A DNA stretch of 64,000 nt, from contig NC_043011.1 of the NCBI RefSeq assembly GCF_006345805.1, forward strand, positions 6,758,001 to 6,822,000. Reading direction: 5' to 3'. Shown piece after piece: positions 62,640-64,000 of this stretch (the stretch's first letter is position 1; each line of letters begins with the position of its first letter). This stretch comes from Octopus sinensis (lineage: Eukaryota). A model generated the notes under the pieces. The model worked only from the letters and a program-made list of their open reading frames with translations, was not told where the DNA came from and searched no databases. Position numbers and translations under genes: made by a program.

Positions 62640-63022
62640 GAACAGAATATGAATCTTGTCCATATTTTCACTGATTTAACCAATGCCTTCGATACTGTAA
62701 ATACAGCCTCTCAGTAGAGAACACTCAGTAAACTTGGTTGCCTGAGTCACTTTGTATCAATAACTAAATCATTTCATGATGGGATAGAGGCATGAGTCAA
62801 TGTTGGTGCAAATGAAGCGACATCCTTGACCCAACTCTCTTGGCCTTGTATTTTGCTGCTCCTCTCACTCATGCTTCTGCTGTGGATTGCTCTTCTGGAA
62901 TATTCGTGAGGTACCAAACTTCTGCTCATCTCTTCAACTTGCAACAATTTACTACAAATTCAAAAGTTTTCACTCTCTAATTCGTAACCTTTATGCAGAT
63001 GATTGCGACTTAGTTGCTCATT
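62640..63022 (+). mobile_element. Degraded RTE/BovB-like RT fragment
   Basis: FTDLTNAFDTVN...LSKLGC...KSFHDG...IRNLYADDCDLVAH with stops and frameshifts. Confidence 0.7.
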
Positions 63023-63190
63023 ATATATATATATATATGTATACCCATGCTAGCATGGAGAACGGACGTTAAACGATGATGATGATGATATATATATATA
63101 TATATAATAATAATATTAGGGAATAAATCCAAACTTACAGGGAAAAATTAGATTTAGGATTAAATCCAATTTTATAGTATAAATATATTA

Positions 63191-63517
63191 TATTATATCA
63201 TATTAAATTAGAGATAAAACCACTATTAGGCAAATCAAACAGTGAAAAATGTAAGCCAATACATAAAATTAATTTAAAAATATAAAAGTTAAAATTTTAA
63301 AAATTATTTAAATAATTTAAACTTATAAATTTTAAATATATATATACAAAAATATATATGTATATATATATATACATATATATATGTATATTTTATATTT
63401 ATATATTATTTTATTTATTAATTTATTTATTTATTATTTTTTTATATTTTTAAATTAATTTTATGTTTTTCACTGTTTGATTTGCCTAATAAGTGGTTTT
63501 ATCTCTAATTTAATATA

Positions 63518-63520
<3 letters not shown>
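63191..63520. repeat. AT-rich fold-back element with about 60-bp arms
   Basis: taaattagagataaaaccactattaggcaaatcaaacagtgaaaa / ttttcactgtttgatttgcctaataagtggttttatctctaattta. Confidence 0.75.
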
Positions 63521-63550
<30 letters not shown>

Positions 63551-64000
63551 TATATATTCGAGCATGATCATTACCAGTGTCACCTTACTGGCACTTGTGC
63601 CCAATTCTAGTGGGTGCTAAGAGCAACATCCGTGAGTGATCGTTGCCAGAGTGGCTAGCTGGCTTCCATGCCGGTGGCATGTAAGAGGCACCATTTGAGC
63701 GGGATCGTTACCAGCGTCGCCTTACTGGCACTTGTGCTGGTGGCACATCAAAAAACATTCGAGTGAGGTTGTTGCCAATACAGCCTGACTGGCCCTGTGC
63801 CGGTGGCACGTAAAAGCACCCACTACACTCTCAAAGTTGTTGGTGTTAGGAAGGGCATCCAGCTGTAGAAAGTCTGCCGGATCAGATTGGAGCCTGGTGC
63901 AGCCATCTGGTTCGCCAGTCCTCAGTCAAATCGTCCAACCCATGCTAGCATAGAAAGTGGATGTTAAACGATGATGATGATGATGATATATATATATATA

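Overview
Eukaryotic, intron-rich, repeat-dense animal DNA. The SINE/RTE repeat families and the abundant (TA)n, (CA)n and (GAT)n tracts look like an Octopus genome; this is recognition from memory, not a database result. Most of the window is one minus-strand gene, insulin-degrading enzyme (IDE, insulysin, peptidase family M16A). I traced 22 GT-AG coding exons from the ATG at 50361 down to 4821 (2200 nt, about 733 codons, frame continuous, HFCEH zinc motif). The 3' exons fall off the left edge, and no upstream 5' UTR exon was located. The gene has two 27-nt microexons and unusual residues in the exosite and substrate pocket. The introns hold tRNA-derived SINEs, RTE-LINE 3' ends with an internal hairpin tandem array, CR1/RTE/R4-like LINE relics, piggyBac MITEs with a transposase relic, a non-autonomous Helitron and a 5'-truncated Penelope-like element. 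The most notable signal is about 13 minimal type-I hammerhead-ribozyme-like motifs from many unrelated sequence families. Most sit in short cassettes beside (TA)n tracts, several lie at the centre of long fold-back inverted repeats, and one lies in the 3' end of the Penelope copy. This suggests a diverse population of non-autonomous, ribozyme-carrying Penelope-type mini-elements that target TA microsatellites. Nearly all supplied ORFs are spurious translations of repeats.
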